From Bacteroidales bacterium (GTDB lineage Bacteria > Bacteroidota > Bacteroidia > Bacteroidales > VadinHA17), in contig DAIOVL010000018.1 of NCBI GenBank assembly GCA_036759025.1, positions 2,494 through 66,493 on the forward strand: DNA of 64,000 nt, read 5' to 3'. Position numbers and translations under genes: made by a program. The notes under the pieces are model-generated. The model made no database searches, was not told the DNA's origin, and saw only the letters and a program-made list of their open reading frames with translations. Positions 38,056 through 47,213 of the stretch are shown in pieces (the first letter of the stretch is position 1; every line of letters begins with the position of its first letter).

Positions 38056-38820
38056 ATGGAAAAAAGCAAAACGCACGAAGCCGAGATCTCTGTTGAGGAA
38101 AGACTTCGCGCACTATACAGCCTTCAGCTGGTTGATTCAGAGATAGATAAGATCAAGACACTCAGAGGAGAACTGCCTCTTGAGGTTCAGGACCTGGAGG
38201 ATGACATTGCCGGACTGGAAACCAGGCTTGGCAATTTCAGGGAGGAGGTTCTCAACCTTGAAAAAAACGTCCAGAAGAAAAATCTTGAGATCTCGGAATC
38301 GGAAGCGCTGATAAAAAAATATGAAGAACAGCAGAAAAATGTAAGGAATAACAGGGAATTTGATTCACTTTCTAAGGAAATTGAATATCAGACTCTTGAA
38401 ATAGAACTCTACAATAAGAAGATCAGAGAGTTCTCTGCCCAGATAGAAGAAAAGAAACAGCTCATAACGGAGTCGGAAGCCTTGCTCGCCGACAGACAAT
38501 CTGACCTGGAGTCAAAAAAGGCAGAGCTGGAGGAAATAATCTCCGATACAAAGAAAGAGGAAGAGAACCTGTACAAGAAACTTGAAGAGGTTCAGGAGCT
38601 GATTGAGGAACGTCTTCTGACAGCATATAAAAGAATACGCTCCAACGCACGAAACGGTCTGGCAGTGGTTCCCGTACAACGTGATGCCTGCGGAGGATGC
38701 TTCAACCAGATCCCTCCCCAGAGACAGCTCGATATCAAATCGAGAAAGAAGATCATTGTTTGTGAATACTGCGGCCGTATTCTTGTTGACGACGAAATAG
38801 TAGGCGGTACCCGGATCTGA
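38056..38820 (+). CDS. Coiled-coil protein with a C4 zinc ribbon (COG1579/DUF164-type), the usual Nif3 partner
   Basis: Long heptad-rich region, then CGGCFNQIPPQ...CEYCGRILV. Its start lies 1 nt after the Nif3 stop. Confidence 0.85.
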   Translation: MEKSKTHEAEISVEERLRALYSLQLVDSEIDKIKTLRGELPLEVQDLEDDIAGLETRLGNFREEVLNLEKNVQKKNLEISESEALIKKYEEQQKNVRNNREFDSLSKEIEYQTLEIELYNKKIREFSAQIEEKKQLITESEALLADRQSDLESKKAELEEIISDTKKEEENLYKKLEEVQELIEERLLTAYKRIRSNARNGLAVVPVQRDACGGCFNQIPPQRQLDIKSRKKIIVCEYCGRILVDDEIVGGTRI

Positions 38821-38837
38821 ACCAGCGCCCCTGCAAC

Positions 38838-38862
38838 AAAAGGCCTGCCATGCAAGCCTTTT
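38838..38862 (+). terminator. Intrinsic terminator after the M23-CapA-MerR-Nif3-Zn-ribbon gene string
   Basis: AAAAGGCCTGC / CAT / GCAAGCCTTTT gives an 11-bp stem with one C.A mismatch, running into a T-rich tract (TTTTAATAT). Confidence 0.6.
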
Positions 38863-38875
38863 AATATCATTTGAT

Positions 38876-40873
38876 ATGGCCAGTTCTGATTTTAAAAGGC
38901 TCATTTCAGCCGGAATACCTTCCGACCTTCCTCCTGCCAGGCCTTATGACAGGTTTGTTAGTCATGCACCGCGAAGAAGGGATGTTCTTGATGAACCCGG
39001 AAAGAAACTGGCTCTCAGGAATGCCCTCAGATATTTTCCCCCGCAATTTCACCGCACCCTGGCTCCCGAATTCGCTCAGGAACTCAGAGATCACGGAAGG
39101 ATTTACATGTACCGTTTCCGTCCGCATTACGAAATGAAGGCGCGTAACATCAGAGAATATCCTTTCCGCTCGGAGAAGGCTGCTGCAATTATGCTCATGA
39201 TCATGAACAACCTCGATCCCGAGGTTGCTCAGCATCCCCATGAACTGATAACTTACGGAGGTAACGGAGCTGTCTTCCAGAACTGGGCTCAGTACCTTCT
39301 TACGATGAAGTACCTCTCGGAGATGACCGATGAACAAACCCTGGTTATGTACTCAGGTCATCCGATGGGTCTTTTCCCGTCACATCATGATGCCCCGAGG
39401 GCTGTGGTAACTAACGGGATGATGATCCCAAACTATTCTTCCCGGGACGAATATGAAAAGTATAATGCCCTGGGTGTGACCCAGTACGGACAGATGACAG
39501 CCGGCTCATACATGTACATCGGCCCGCAGGGTATCGTCCACGGAACCACGATAACCATACTCAATGCTTCAAGGATTGTCGGAGATAACAAAAACGAAAT
39601 GCTGTATGTTTCATCGGGCCTGGGGGGGATGTCGGGTGCCCAGCCAAAAGCTGCAAAGATAGCCGGAATAAGCTCGGTGACTGCAGAAGTGAACCCTAAG
39701 GCCATAGAGAAAAGGTATGCACAGGGATGGATCGATGAGGTTTATCCAGATATTGACAGCCTTGTGAGAAGGATCAGGGAGGTAAAAAGGAACAGGGAGA
39801 TTGTGTCACTGGGATACCTTGGCAACATCGTTGAGGTATGGGAGAGATTTGCATCTGAAAACATCCACATTGATCTCGGTTCAGACCAGACTTCCCTTCA
39901 TAATCCATGGGCAGGAGGATATTATCCTGCGGGACTGTCGTTTGAAGAAGCCGGGATAATGATGTCGGCAGATCCTGAAAATTTCAGGAAGCATGTACGG
40001 GAGTCACTTGTTCGTCAGGTTAATGCCATAAACATACACAACAAAAGGGGAACATATTTCTTCGATTACGGAAATGCATTTCTTCTTGAGGCATCACGTG
40101 CAGGCGCCGATATATTAAATTCTGACGGAGAGTTCAGGTATCCTTCATACGTTCAGGATATTATGGGGCCGCTCTGCTTCGATTACGGGTTCGGACCATT
40201 CCGCTGGGTTTGTTGTTCAAATGACAAAAGCGACCTGGAGACTACCGACAGGATAGCTCTTGAGACGCTCGAAAAACTCCGGAAAAAATCTCCCGACCGT
40301 ATCGGTCAGCAGATGGATGATAATATTCACTGGATAAGGGAAGCAGAGAAGAACAACCTGGTAGTGGGTTCGCAGGCACGCATTCTGTATGCCGATGCCG
40401 ATGGACGGAGAGAAATTGCTGATGCCTTCAACAGGGCAGTAGCCACAGGGGAGATAACTGCTCCGGTAGTAATAGGCAGAGATCATCATGATGTTTCGGG
40501 AACGGATTCTCCTTTCCGTGAAACATCAAACATTTATGACGGTTCTAAATTCACTGCCGATATGGCTGTTCATAACGTGATAGGAGATGCTTTCAGGGGG
40601 GCAACCTGGGTTTCTGTCCACAACGGTGGAGGAGTTGGCTGGGGTGAGGTCATTAACGGTGGCTTCGGCATGGTGCTCGATGGCAGTGACGACACTTCCC
40701 GCAAGCTCAGGATGATGCTTTACTGGGACGTAAATAACGGTATAGCCAGGAGAAGCTGGGCAAGAAATGAGGGAGCAATGTTCAGCCTGAAAAGGGAAAT
40801 GGAAAGGAATCCTGATCTCAGGGTAACCTTTCCTAATTGTGTTGATGAATCAATAATCGACAGCGCCCTCTGA
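38876..40873 (+). CDS. hutU: Urocanate hydratase (long Bacteroidota-type form)
   Basis: 665 aa. Urocanase-type blocks I recognise: ITYGGNGAVFQNW, GLGGMSGAQPKAAKIAG, GSDQTSLHNP, GRDHHDVSGTDSPFRETSN. Confidence 0.9.
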   Translation: MASSDFKRLISAGIPSDLPPARPYDRFVSHAPRRRDVLDEPGKKLALRNALRYFPPQFHRTLAPEFAQELRDHGRIYMYRFRPHYEMKARNIREYPFRSEKAAAIMLMIMNNLDPEVAQHPHELITYGGNGAVFQNWAQYLLTMKYLSEMTDEQTLVMYSGHPMGLFPSHHDAPRAVVTNGMMIPNYSSRDEYEKYNALGVTQYGQMTAGSYMYIGPQGIVHGTTITILNASRIVGDNKNEMLYVSSGLGGMSGAQPKAAKIAGISSVTAEVNPKAIEKRYAQGWIDEVYPDIDSLVRRIREVKRNREIVSLGYLGNIVEVWERFASENIHIDLGSDQTSLHNPWAGGYYPAGLSFEEAGIMMSADPENFRKHVRESLVRQVNAINIHNKRGTYFFDYGNAFLLEASRAGADILNSDGEFRYPSYVQDIMGPLCFDYGFGPFRWVCCSNDKSDLETTDRIALETLEKLRKKSPDRIGQQMDDNIHWIREAEKNNLVVGSQARILYADADGRREIADAFNRAVATGEITAPVVIGRDHHDVSGTDSPFRETSNIYDGSKFTADMAVHNVIGDAFRGATWVSVHNGGGVGWGEVINGGFGMVLDGSDDTSRKLRMMLYWDVNNGIARRSWARNEGAMFSLKREMERNPDLRVTFPNCVDESIIDSAL

Positions 40874-40887
40874 CAGGGCATTGGGTT

Positions 40888-40908
40888 TCTCCGGTGTTCA
40901 CCGGGAGG
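40888..40908. terminator. Weak bulged hairpin between convergent hutU and ispF
   Basis: CTCCGGT / GTTC / ACCG(G)GAG. No clear T-run on either strand. Confidence 0.3.
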
Positions 40909-40942
40909 AAGTATCATATTTAATTTTACGGAAGCGGGAATT

Positions 40943-41425
40943 TTACACTGTCCTTTGTATCAGCACTGATGCGATGGCCACAATTCCTTCGCCCCGGCCT
41001 GTGAATCCCATCTTCTCTGTGGTGGTGGCCTTAACCGAAATATTCCCGGGTATTGTCTCAAGGATAGAGGATATGACAGTCTTCATCTCATTAATATAAG
41101 GTGCTATCCTGGGTTCCTCAAGACAGACTGTGGAGTCGACGTTAACCACCCTGAATCCTTTCTCTCTGATTATTGCCAGAGTCCTGGTTAACAGTATCCT
41201 GCTGTCGATATTTTTGAATTCGGGGCTGGTATCTGGAAAATGATGACCGATATCACCCATTCCCGAAGCACCCAGAAGGGCATCACAAATTGCGTGGAGA
41301 AGCACATCCCCGTCGGAATGTGCCACACACCCTTTATCGGAGGCAATATGAACGCCTCCCAGATATAGTTTAAGGCCTTTTTCGAGGCGGTGAAAGTCGA
41401 TACCCTGTCCGATCCTGAGATCCAT
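40943..41425 (-). CDS. ispF: 2-C-methyl-D-erythritol 2,4-cyclodiphosphate synthase
   Basis: IGQGIDFHRL, AHSDGDVLLHAICDALLGA, ATTTEKMGFTGRGEGI. Confidence 0.95.
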   Translation of the reverse strand: MDLRIGQGIDFHRLEKGLKLYLGGVHIASDKGCVAHSDGDVLLHAICDALLGASGMGDIGHHFPDTSPEFKNIDSRILLTRTLAIIREKGFRVVNVDSTVCLEEPRIAPYINEMKTVISSILETIPGNISVKATTTEKMGFTGRGEGIVAIASVLIQRTV

Positions 41426-42573
41426 CAGCGCTTTGATGCATTCCTGAGGGCACTGCTGTCGAAAGACAATGAGAAGCGCAGGGTCCTTGCAAGTGGATGA
41501 TTAAGGGCAACAGGCATCAGATAGGAAAAATCGATTGTGAAACCGCTCATCCTGAATCCGGCACCGGCAGTGAAGAACTGCCTGTTTCCCTTATATGTGT
41601 TCTCATGGAAATATCCGGCCCTGAGGGCAAATATGTTGTTATACCAGTATTCGGCTCCGTATGAATAGGTTATCTCCCGCAGTTCTTCCAGAAATCCGTC
41701 GGGGGCATCGGCAAACGATTTGAATAGAGCTTCAGGCACCGAGATATTCTGCTCTTCGGTGATTGTTGAATCGGGTGAAGGAACGAGCAGCTTGTTAAGG
41801 TCGATGGTAAGGGTAATTCTGTTGAAGCGGTCGAAATCGAGAGAAAGTGATGATCCCAGCTTGAGGTTCATCGGAATGAAATCGGAGTATGATTCGGTGT
41901 AGCTCATTTTGGATCCGATGTTGGATATGTTGAATCCGAAAGCAAACAGGGAGTTTTTGTCTAGCAGTGTCAGATCTTTATGGTAATATCCTGAGATATC
42001 GGCAGCTATCGACAGTCCGGGTTTGGTATCTTCTCCCTGGGCAGGGTAGCCGTGTGTCAGGTTTGAATAAATGAACCTGAAGGCAACACCTCCTGAGAAA
42101 TTATCGGAGAAGAGCCTTGAGTAGCCCAGGTCAACTGCCCACTCGTTGGGATTCACTATAAGTTGTGTGGCACCTCCGTCGTCGGTGAACTCAATTTTTC
42201 CGTATGATGAATACATGAGACTTCCGCTCATCACCTGCTTGGTGTCGAACCTGTAGTATCCCGACAGGTAAGCAATATTTATGTCGGGGACCAGGTTCCT
42301 GAGCCAGGGTATGTAGGAAATACCGACTCCTCCTTTGCCGTCGATAAAGGCAAATTTCGCCGGGTTCCAATGCTGGCTGTAGATGTCGGGAGAAGTTGCA
42401 ACTCCTGCATCGCCCATAGCACCGGCCCTTGAGTCGGGAGCTATGGTGAGCCATGGAACAACGGTCTGGATGGGATTGTAATCGGGTTCATCATTCTGGC
42501 TGAATGTCTTTGTGCCTGCTGAAAGGGCCACCAGAAGAACTAACAGTGCAATCGTCCTCTTTTTCATTATCAT
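41425..42573 (-). CDS. porV: T9SS outer-membrane protein PorV (LptO)
   Basis: NPIQTVVPWLTIAPDSRAGAMGDAGVATSPDIYSQHWNPAKFAF is the PorV N-terminal signature as I recall it. The protein lies immediately downstream of porU. The track's TTG start at 42597 lies inside a -7 box, so I prefer the ATG at 42573 (MIMKKRTIALLVLLVAL...). Confidence 0.85.
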   Translation of the reverse strand: MIMKKRTIALLVLLVALSAGTKTFSQNDEPDYNPIQTVVPWLTIAPDSRAGAMGDAGVATSPDIYSQHWNPAKFAFIDGKGGVGISYIPWLRNLVPDINIAYLSGYYRFDTKQVMSGSLMYSSYGKIEFTDDGGATQLIVNPNEWAVDLGYSRLFSDNFSGGVAFRFIYSNLTHGYPAQGEDTKPGLSIAADISGYYHKDLTLLDKNSLFAFGFNISNIGSKMSYTESYSDFIPMNLKLGSSLSLDFDRFNRITLTIDLNKLLVPSPDSTITEEQNISVPEALFKSFADAPDGFLEELREITYSYGAEYWYNNIFALRAGYFHENTYKGNRQFFTAGAGFRMSGFTIDFSYLMPVALNHPLARTLRFSLSFDSSALRNASKR

Positions 42574-42594
42574 TCCTGTGATTCTATAAAGATA

Positions 42595-42602
42595 CAAATA
42601 TA
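42595..42602 (-). promoter_or_regulatory. -7 promoter box internal to the porU-porV spacer, giving porV its own promoter
   Basis: Plus-strand CAAATATA equals minus-strand TATATTTG, 21 nt upstream of the ATG at 42573. Confidence 0.45.
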
Positions 42603-42635
42603 AAACAAAATTTAACCTATGTTATTGTATTTTAG

Positions 42636-45600
42636 TCATAATATGATCATCCGTCCCGATGCTTCAGCTTTTTCTCCGTTACCGGTGCTTACCGATACCC
42701 TGTACAGGTAAATTCCCTTCTCAACCCTTGATCCTCTGCTGTTCTTTCCGTCCCATGTTACGGGGTAAAGCTGGTATCCTGATGCAAACCCTGTCGTTTC
42801 CAGTATTCTTACCAAACGTCCGGTCCCGTCAAATATTGCAATAGTGATCATCAGCATTTCGTCGGGCCGGTTGTGCCCGGCACTGATCTTTGTCGACTCT
42901 GTCGCAGGATTTGGATAATTGATGAGGTTTGTAAGGATGAAGCTGCCATCGGATTCGACCACGAAATGTATCAGCTCTTCCGAAGAGTTGTTGTAGTTAT
43001 CCCATGCCTTAAGTCTGAGGGAATGATTTCCTTTGGCAAGACCGTTAATATTATAGAGGATACTTCCTCTGGTGTAGCTGTCGAAATCACTCTCGAAATA
43101 GTTGTTCAGAACCATGAAGGAATTCTGATTATTGTCGAGAACTGCTGTAATATCGTGTCCGATACCCGATCCTGTGGTGTTTATTCCTCCAGGGTCTTCC
43201 AGAATTGCATAGAGTGACGGATCAGCCCCGGTGATGCCTCCGTTCCTGAAAAGGGTGTCGTTCATGAAAAGACGAATAGCCGGTCCGGTGCTGTCTGTCA
43301 CGATGGTATTGGCAAAGCCCCCTGCCACAATGTCGCTAAAGTACCCTCCTGATTCATTTTCAGGATCCCATGCATAATAGCTTATCCTGGCGTTACCGTA
43401 TTTATAGTCAATATCTCTCGGGACGATAAAAGAGAATCTGAAGCGGCCTTTTTCAGCAATAGTTTTTCCGTTGAAAATTATGTTGTTATGCAGGTTGAAC
43501 TTCATGGTTGTACCTCCGTCATTGGCCAGGGTTGTTACCTGCGAAGCTTTATCATAGACCGTTGTAACCAGCACCCCGTTAAAATCACCGGCTTCGATGC
43601 CCGCGTCATCCTCAATGTGCCCCGATATGGTTATTTTGGCCAGTGCTTTCAGACTGTCTATTCCTTCAGTAACAGCCACGCTGTTCACCGAATCGGTAAC
43701 GATGTTTCCGTTCCGTGGATATGCAAGCCGGACTGCGGGATCACCAAGTAGCGAAAAATTCCTTTTGTTGGGTCCGCTGCCCGAGTTGTTCTTGGCTATC
43801 CTGATGATATCTCCCATCCGGAGGGGCTCACCTCCGGCACCGGAATCGAAGGCAGCATCATAGATATTCCTGTTAAGGAAATAATTCGGAGCCGAATAGA
43901 CTATCCTGGTGGTCGACATAAGGGCTATAGCCCCTCCATCAGGATTCAGCAGTGCCATTTCTCCCGCTGAGGTCTTTCCTGTCATATCACCCGTGATGAT
44001 ATTCTTATCCATATCGTCGAATCTGCTGAACTCACAGGTGGCAGTGATAAAAAGCGGGAGTCTGGAACCATTTTTCCACCCGAGTATATCTTCGGTTCTC
44101 ATTACTCTTTCGTGTGCCAGGCCTGTCTCACTTCCATGTCCGACATAGTTAAAGATAAGACAGCCATCGTTTATCCGGTCATTGATGGCATTTCTTGCCT
44201 CAGGATAGGACTGTCCGTTTGCCGAGGTGACCTGGCGGAAAGCATCGAGATATATCTTGTCGATGTTGAACTGGGGAACGCTGTCCTGAAGCAGTGATGC
44301 AAGCCCTTCTGCATCAAGCATATGGGCGTTTCCATCTTCGTCATCAGCACTTATGCAAATAATATTTTTCCAGTTGCCCTTACTGCCGTAAAGCATGTAG
44401 TCCCTTATTTTTCTTACCAGAATACCTGCCTGCACAGTGTCCGCAACCGGCAGTCTTCCGATACCTATGTCCTCTGTCCCTTCAGCTTCTCCTTCTCCGT
44501 CTTCGAGAAGACCGAAAAAATCATCAGATGTAAAAGATGAAACGACAATGTTTGAGATCTTCGACTGGTATGTGGGTATGAAACATGGATTACGCGGAGG
44601 TGGCGTTCTGTTCTCGTATGAGCCGTCGCCAAATAGAAGCAGGTAGCGAAGGGGCTTATTCGTGCCTTTTTGCCTCAGGAACTTATACCTGATAAAATTT
44701 CTTATTGCCGAAATGTCGGGTATGCCTCCGGAAAATTCATTGTATATCTCCCGTGGGGTTATCACCAGGGAAAGAAGTCCGCTGTTGCTGAAATGTATGT
44801 CTGCAAGCTCTTCGGCATGCTGTCTGAACAGAGGGTGGGTTACAATGATCATATCCACGGCTTCTGAGCCGTGAAGATCCTGGTTCGGCAGCTCTCCGGA
44901 AAGGAAGAGAGGTGACAGGTGATCGGAACCAGTGAAGAAAACAAATTTCCTGAGGGTGTCGGTCTCAGCGCGGAAGCTTATGTTTCCGCCTGTTTTCTGG
45001 TACATCATGATTCCGGGAAGTTCAGGATTTGTAACATCCCATATTACCGGATCGTGAGAAGGGCTGCTGAAGCTGAATTCCGTTATCTGTCCAGAGGCAA
45101 CTGAACGGGAATCAGAATAGAATCTCGTTTGTCCCCTGTAAGCATTATCAATCCTGGCATGCAACTGAATAAAATCAAGCCAGCTTCTTGCTCCCGGTTC
45201 TCCGTTATTGAAAAATTTAAGTGAGAAGAGGGGTGATGATGAAAGAGGGTAAAAATAACCTGACGAATCTGTTATCTGTGCCCAGGTCCCCGTATAGTTT
45301 AGCATGTTCACGTTCTGAACCTGGATGCTCTTCTGAAGTGTGGTCCCTTCATAAAACCTGAAAAGAGATGTTACCGGGGAGCGTGCCAGCACCCTTATCC
45401 TGTATTTCATCTTTTCGCCATCAGCAAGATCTTCAAAACCGGGGTTTATCTCCACTCCGCTCAGCGATGATACCGGTTCATACCATTCCCTTCCCGATTT
45501 TATAAGGTTTTCATTGTTAATTTCCCTCACAAATAGGGCATCCGATTCTGATGACCAGTAAGATACTGATCCTGAAGGATATTCAATTGGATTTATTGTC

Positions 45601-46058
45601 AGGCTGACTCCCTTTCCGGATGTCAGAAAATAGAAAGCCGTATCAGAATAATCATGTTTTTTAAAGATATAGTTCTGTGTATATGGATCATACTTCCACC
45701 TGTCGGGGCCCTGTCCGAAGAAAAGAATATAATCGCCGGTGTTAAAAACGCCGTCATTTCCTGTTTCCTTATAAATTGCAATCTGACTCAGGTCATCGGG
45801 AGCGCTGCCGTCGTTATAAAAAGAAAGCTGCCCTTTATTACATGCAAATATCTCAGGATCGGAAGGGTCTTCAAGGCCTGTTTCCTGCAGTGTTGAATAG
45901 TCGATGCGATAAATGCCGTCACGCAGCACAGCCATCCGGAACCATTTGCCCCCCGACAGCATGGAAGATGCTGCTGCCGGCTCACCGTCGGTCTGTGCTT
46001 TCAGGCATAAAACAGACGAAAGAATAAGAAATGCCGATATCTGCAATAATCTTGACAT
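42636..46058 (-). CDS. porU: T9SS C-terminal-signal peptidase/sortase PorU (C25-like)
   Basis: About 1140 aa. N-terminus SMLSGGKWFRMAVLRDGIYRIDYSTLQETG. It has its own T9SS-type CTD (NYPNPATESTKISAGHN...GIYLYRVSVSTGNGEK). The ATG at 46058 (MSRLLQISAFLILSSVLCLKAQ) is preferred over the track's TTG at 46070. Confidence 0.85.
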   Translation of the reverse strand: MSRLLQISAFLILSSVLCLKAQTDGEPAAASSMLSGGKWFRMAVLRDGIYRIDYSTLQETGLEDPSDPEIFACNKGQLSFYNDGSAPDDLSQIAIYKETGNDGVFNTGDYILFFGQGPDRWKYDPYTQNYIFKKHDYSDTAFYFLTSGKGVSLTINPIEYPSGSVSYWSSESDALFVREINNENLIKSGREWYEPVSSLSGVEINPGFEDLADGEKMKYRIRVLARSPVTSLFRFYEGTTLQKSIQVQNVNMLNYTGTWAQITDSSGYFYPLSSSPLFSLKFFNNGEPGARSWLDFIQLHARIDNAYRGQTRFYSDSRSVASGQITEFSFSSPSHDPVIWDVTNPELPGIMMYQKTGGNISFRAETDTLRKFVFFTGSDHLSPLFLSGELPNQDLHGSEAVDMIIVTHPLFRQHAEELADIHFSNSGLLSLVITPREIYNEFSGGIPDISAIRNFIRYKFLRQKGTNKPLRYLLLFGDGSYENRTPPPRNPCFIPTYQSKISNIVVSSFTSDDFFGLLEDGEGEAEGTEDIGIGRLPVADTVQAGILVRKIRDYMLYGSKGNWKNIICISADDEDGNAHMLDAEGLASLLQDSVPQFNIDKIYLDAFRQVTSANGQSYPEARNAINDRINDGCLIFNYVGHGSETGLAHERVMRTEDILGWKNGSRLPLFITATCEFSRFDDMDKNIITGDMTGKTSAGEMALLNPDGGAIALMSTTRIVYSAPNYFLNRNIYDAAFDSGAGGEPLRMGDIIRIAKNNSGSGPNKRNFSLLGDPAVRLAYPRNGNIVTDSVNSVAVTEGIDSLKALAKITISGHIEDDAGIEAGDFNGVLVTTVYDKASQVTTLANDGGTTMKFNLHNNIIFNGKTIAEKGRFRFSFIVPRDIDYKYGNARISYYAWDPENESGGYFSDIVAGGFANTIVTDSTGPAIRLFMNDTLFRNGGITGADPSLYAILEDPGGINTTGSGIGHDITAVLDNNQNSFMVLNNYFESDFDSYTRGSILYNINGLAKGNHSLRLKAWDNYNNSSEELIHFVVESDGSFILTNLINYPNPATESTKISAGHNRPDEMLMITIAIFDGTGRLVRILETTGFASGYQLYPVTWDGKNSRGSRVEKGIYLYRVSVSTGNGEKAEASGRMIIL

Positions 46059-46067
46059 CTTTAGGGG

Positions 46068-46075
46068 CAAAGATA
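46068..46075 (-). promoter_or_regulatory. -7 promoter box for porU (near-leaderless)
   Basis: Plus-strand CAAAGATA equals minus-strand TATCTTTG, 9 nt upstream of the ATG at 46058. The track's TTG start codon is the TTG of this box. Confidence 0.45.
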
Positions 46076-46098
46076 AAAATGAGTTTCAGTTTATACGT

Positions 46099-46106
46099 TA
46101 AATTTG
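46099..46106 (+). promoter_or_regulatory. -7 promoter box for the divergent porP/sprF-family gene
   Basis: TAAATTTG lies 68 nt upstream of the ATG at 46175. Confidence 0.4.
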
Positions 46107-46174
46107 ATTCTTTGTGAAAGCGACCGGTTTTAAAAAATAATAACGGTGTAGCTGCGTTGATATTGCAGTGCTTT

Positions 46175-47131
46175 ATGATGGCAAGGTTTCTGACACAATT
46201 GGTTCCGGCGTTTATGCTTCTTTCCGTAGCTGTTTACGGCCAGGAGGGGTTTAACTATCAGCAGACCATGATAGCCAATCCTGCTCTGACAGGAAGTGCC
46301 GGTAACGGTATGTTGAGGATGTCGTACATGAATCATTATCCTGGCAATGGCTATAATCTGCACTCAGTGTTCGTTTCGTACGATGGTTTTTTTCCTGTCC
46401 TTCACGGTGGTGCCGGATTTTACGTTTCCGATGAATATCCGGGCGGCATCATTACCAATATAAGAGGAGGATTTTCTTATTCATATTTTCTGAGAGCCTC
46501 ACAGGACCTGTACATAAATGCCGGACTTTCAGCTTCCCTTTATCACAGGGGATATAATTTCAGCGGTACTGTTCTGCCCGACCAGATCGATCCTCTTCTG
46601 GGAGCTGTTTACCCGTCGTCAGAAGTCCTGGTGGCAGAAGGCCGCACCGTTTTCGATCTTGCTACCGGTTTCCTTTTTATATACAGGAATTTTTCAGGGG
46701 GTTTCTCTGTCAGACATCTTACCCGGCCCGATCCGTCAGACCAGGACGATCCCGGTGGTTCGCTCGGAAGAACATTTCTTGTTCATGCTTCGGCTGAAGT
46801 GAACACATCCGGAAAATTAAGATTTTTTCCTGTCATGACGGCTGAAAAAGGTAGCAATTTTTTCTTTGCAGGGGCCGGTGTTTCCGCAAGAAGGGAAAAT
46901 CTTTCAGTGAATGCACTTGTTCTTACAGGAGACGACAGGAACATTGACCTGCAAACCGGGTTTTCGTTCGCCGCGGGTAACATCAGGATGTTTTACAGTT
47001 ACAGGTTTAATATTTTTACCGGGGAGACGCTGATGCCTTTTTCTCTTCTTCATCATACAGGGCTGGTATTCAGTTTATACAATGTTGATAAAAGAAAACT
47101 AATCAAAACAATAAATTTCCCCGATTTGTAG
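46175..47131 (+). CDS. PorP/SprF-family T9SS outer-membrane protein
   Basis: FNYQQTMIANPALTGS, GGAGFYVSDEYPGGIITNIRGGFSYSY, GLSASLYHRGYNFSGTVLPDQIDP. I prefer the ATG at 46175 (MMARFLTQLVPAFMLLSVAVYGQ) to the track's TTG at 46157. Confidence 0.8.
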   Translation: MMARFLTQLVPAFMLLSVAVYGQEGFNYQQTMIANPALTGSAGNGMLRMSYMNHYPGNGYNLHSVFVSYDGFFPVLHGGAGFYVSDEYPGGIITNIRGGFSYSYFLRASQDLYINAGLSASLYHRGYNFSGTVLPDQIDPLLGAVYPSSEVLVAEGRTVFDLATGFLFIYRNFSGGFSVRHLTRPDPSDQDDPGGSLGRTFLVHASAEVNTSGKLRFFPVMTAEKGSNFFFAGAGVSARRENLSVNALVLTGDDRNIDLQTGFSFAAGNIRMFYSYRFNIFTGETLMPFSLLHHTGLVFSLYNVDKRKLIKTINFPDL

Positions 47132-47174
47132 TTATATTTGGTGATCAAATGGAGTTGGGATTTTTAAAATTTAT

Positions 47175-47182
47175 TATATTTG
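47175..47182 (+). promoter_or_regulatory. -7 promoter box for gldJ
   Basis: TATATTTG lies 31 nt upstream of the ATG at 47214. Confidence 0.45.
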
Positions 47183-47213
47183 AATATTCTAAAAGCTATA
47201 AATAATAGGAGTT

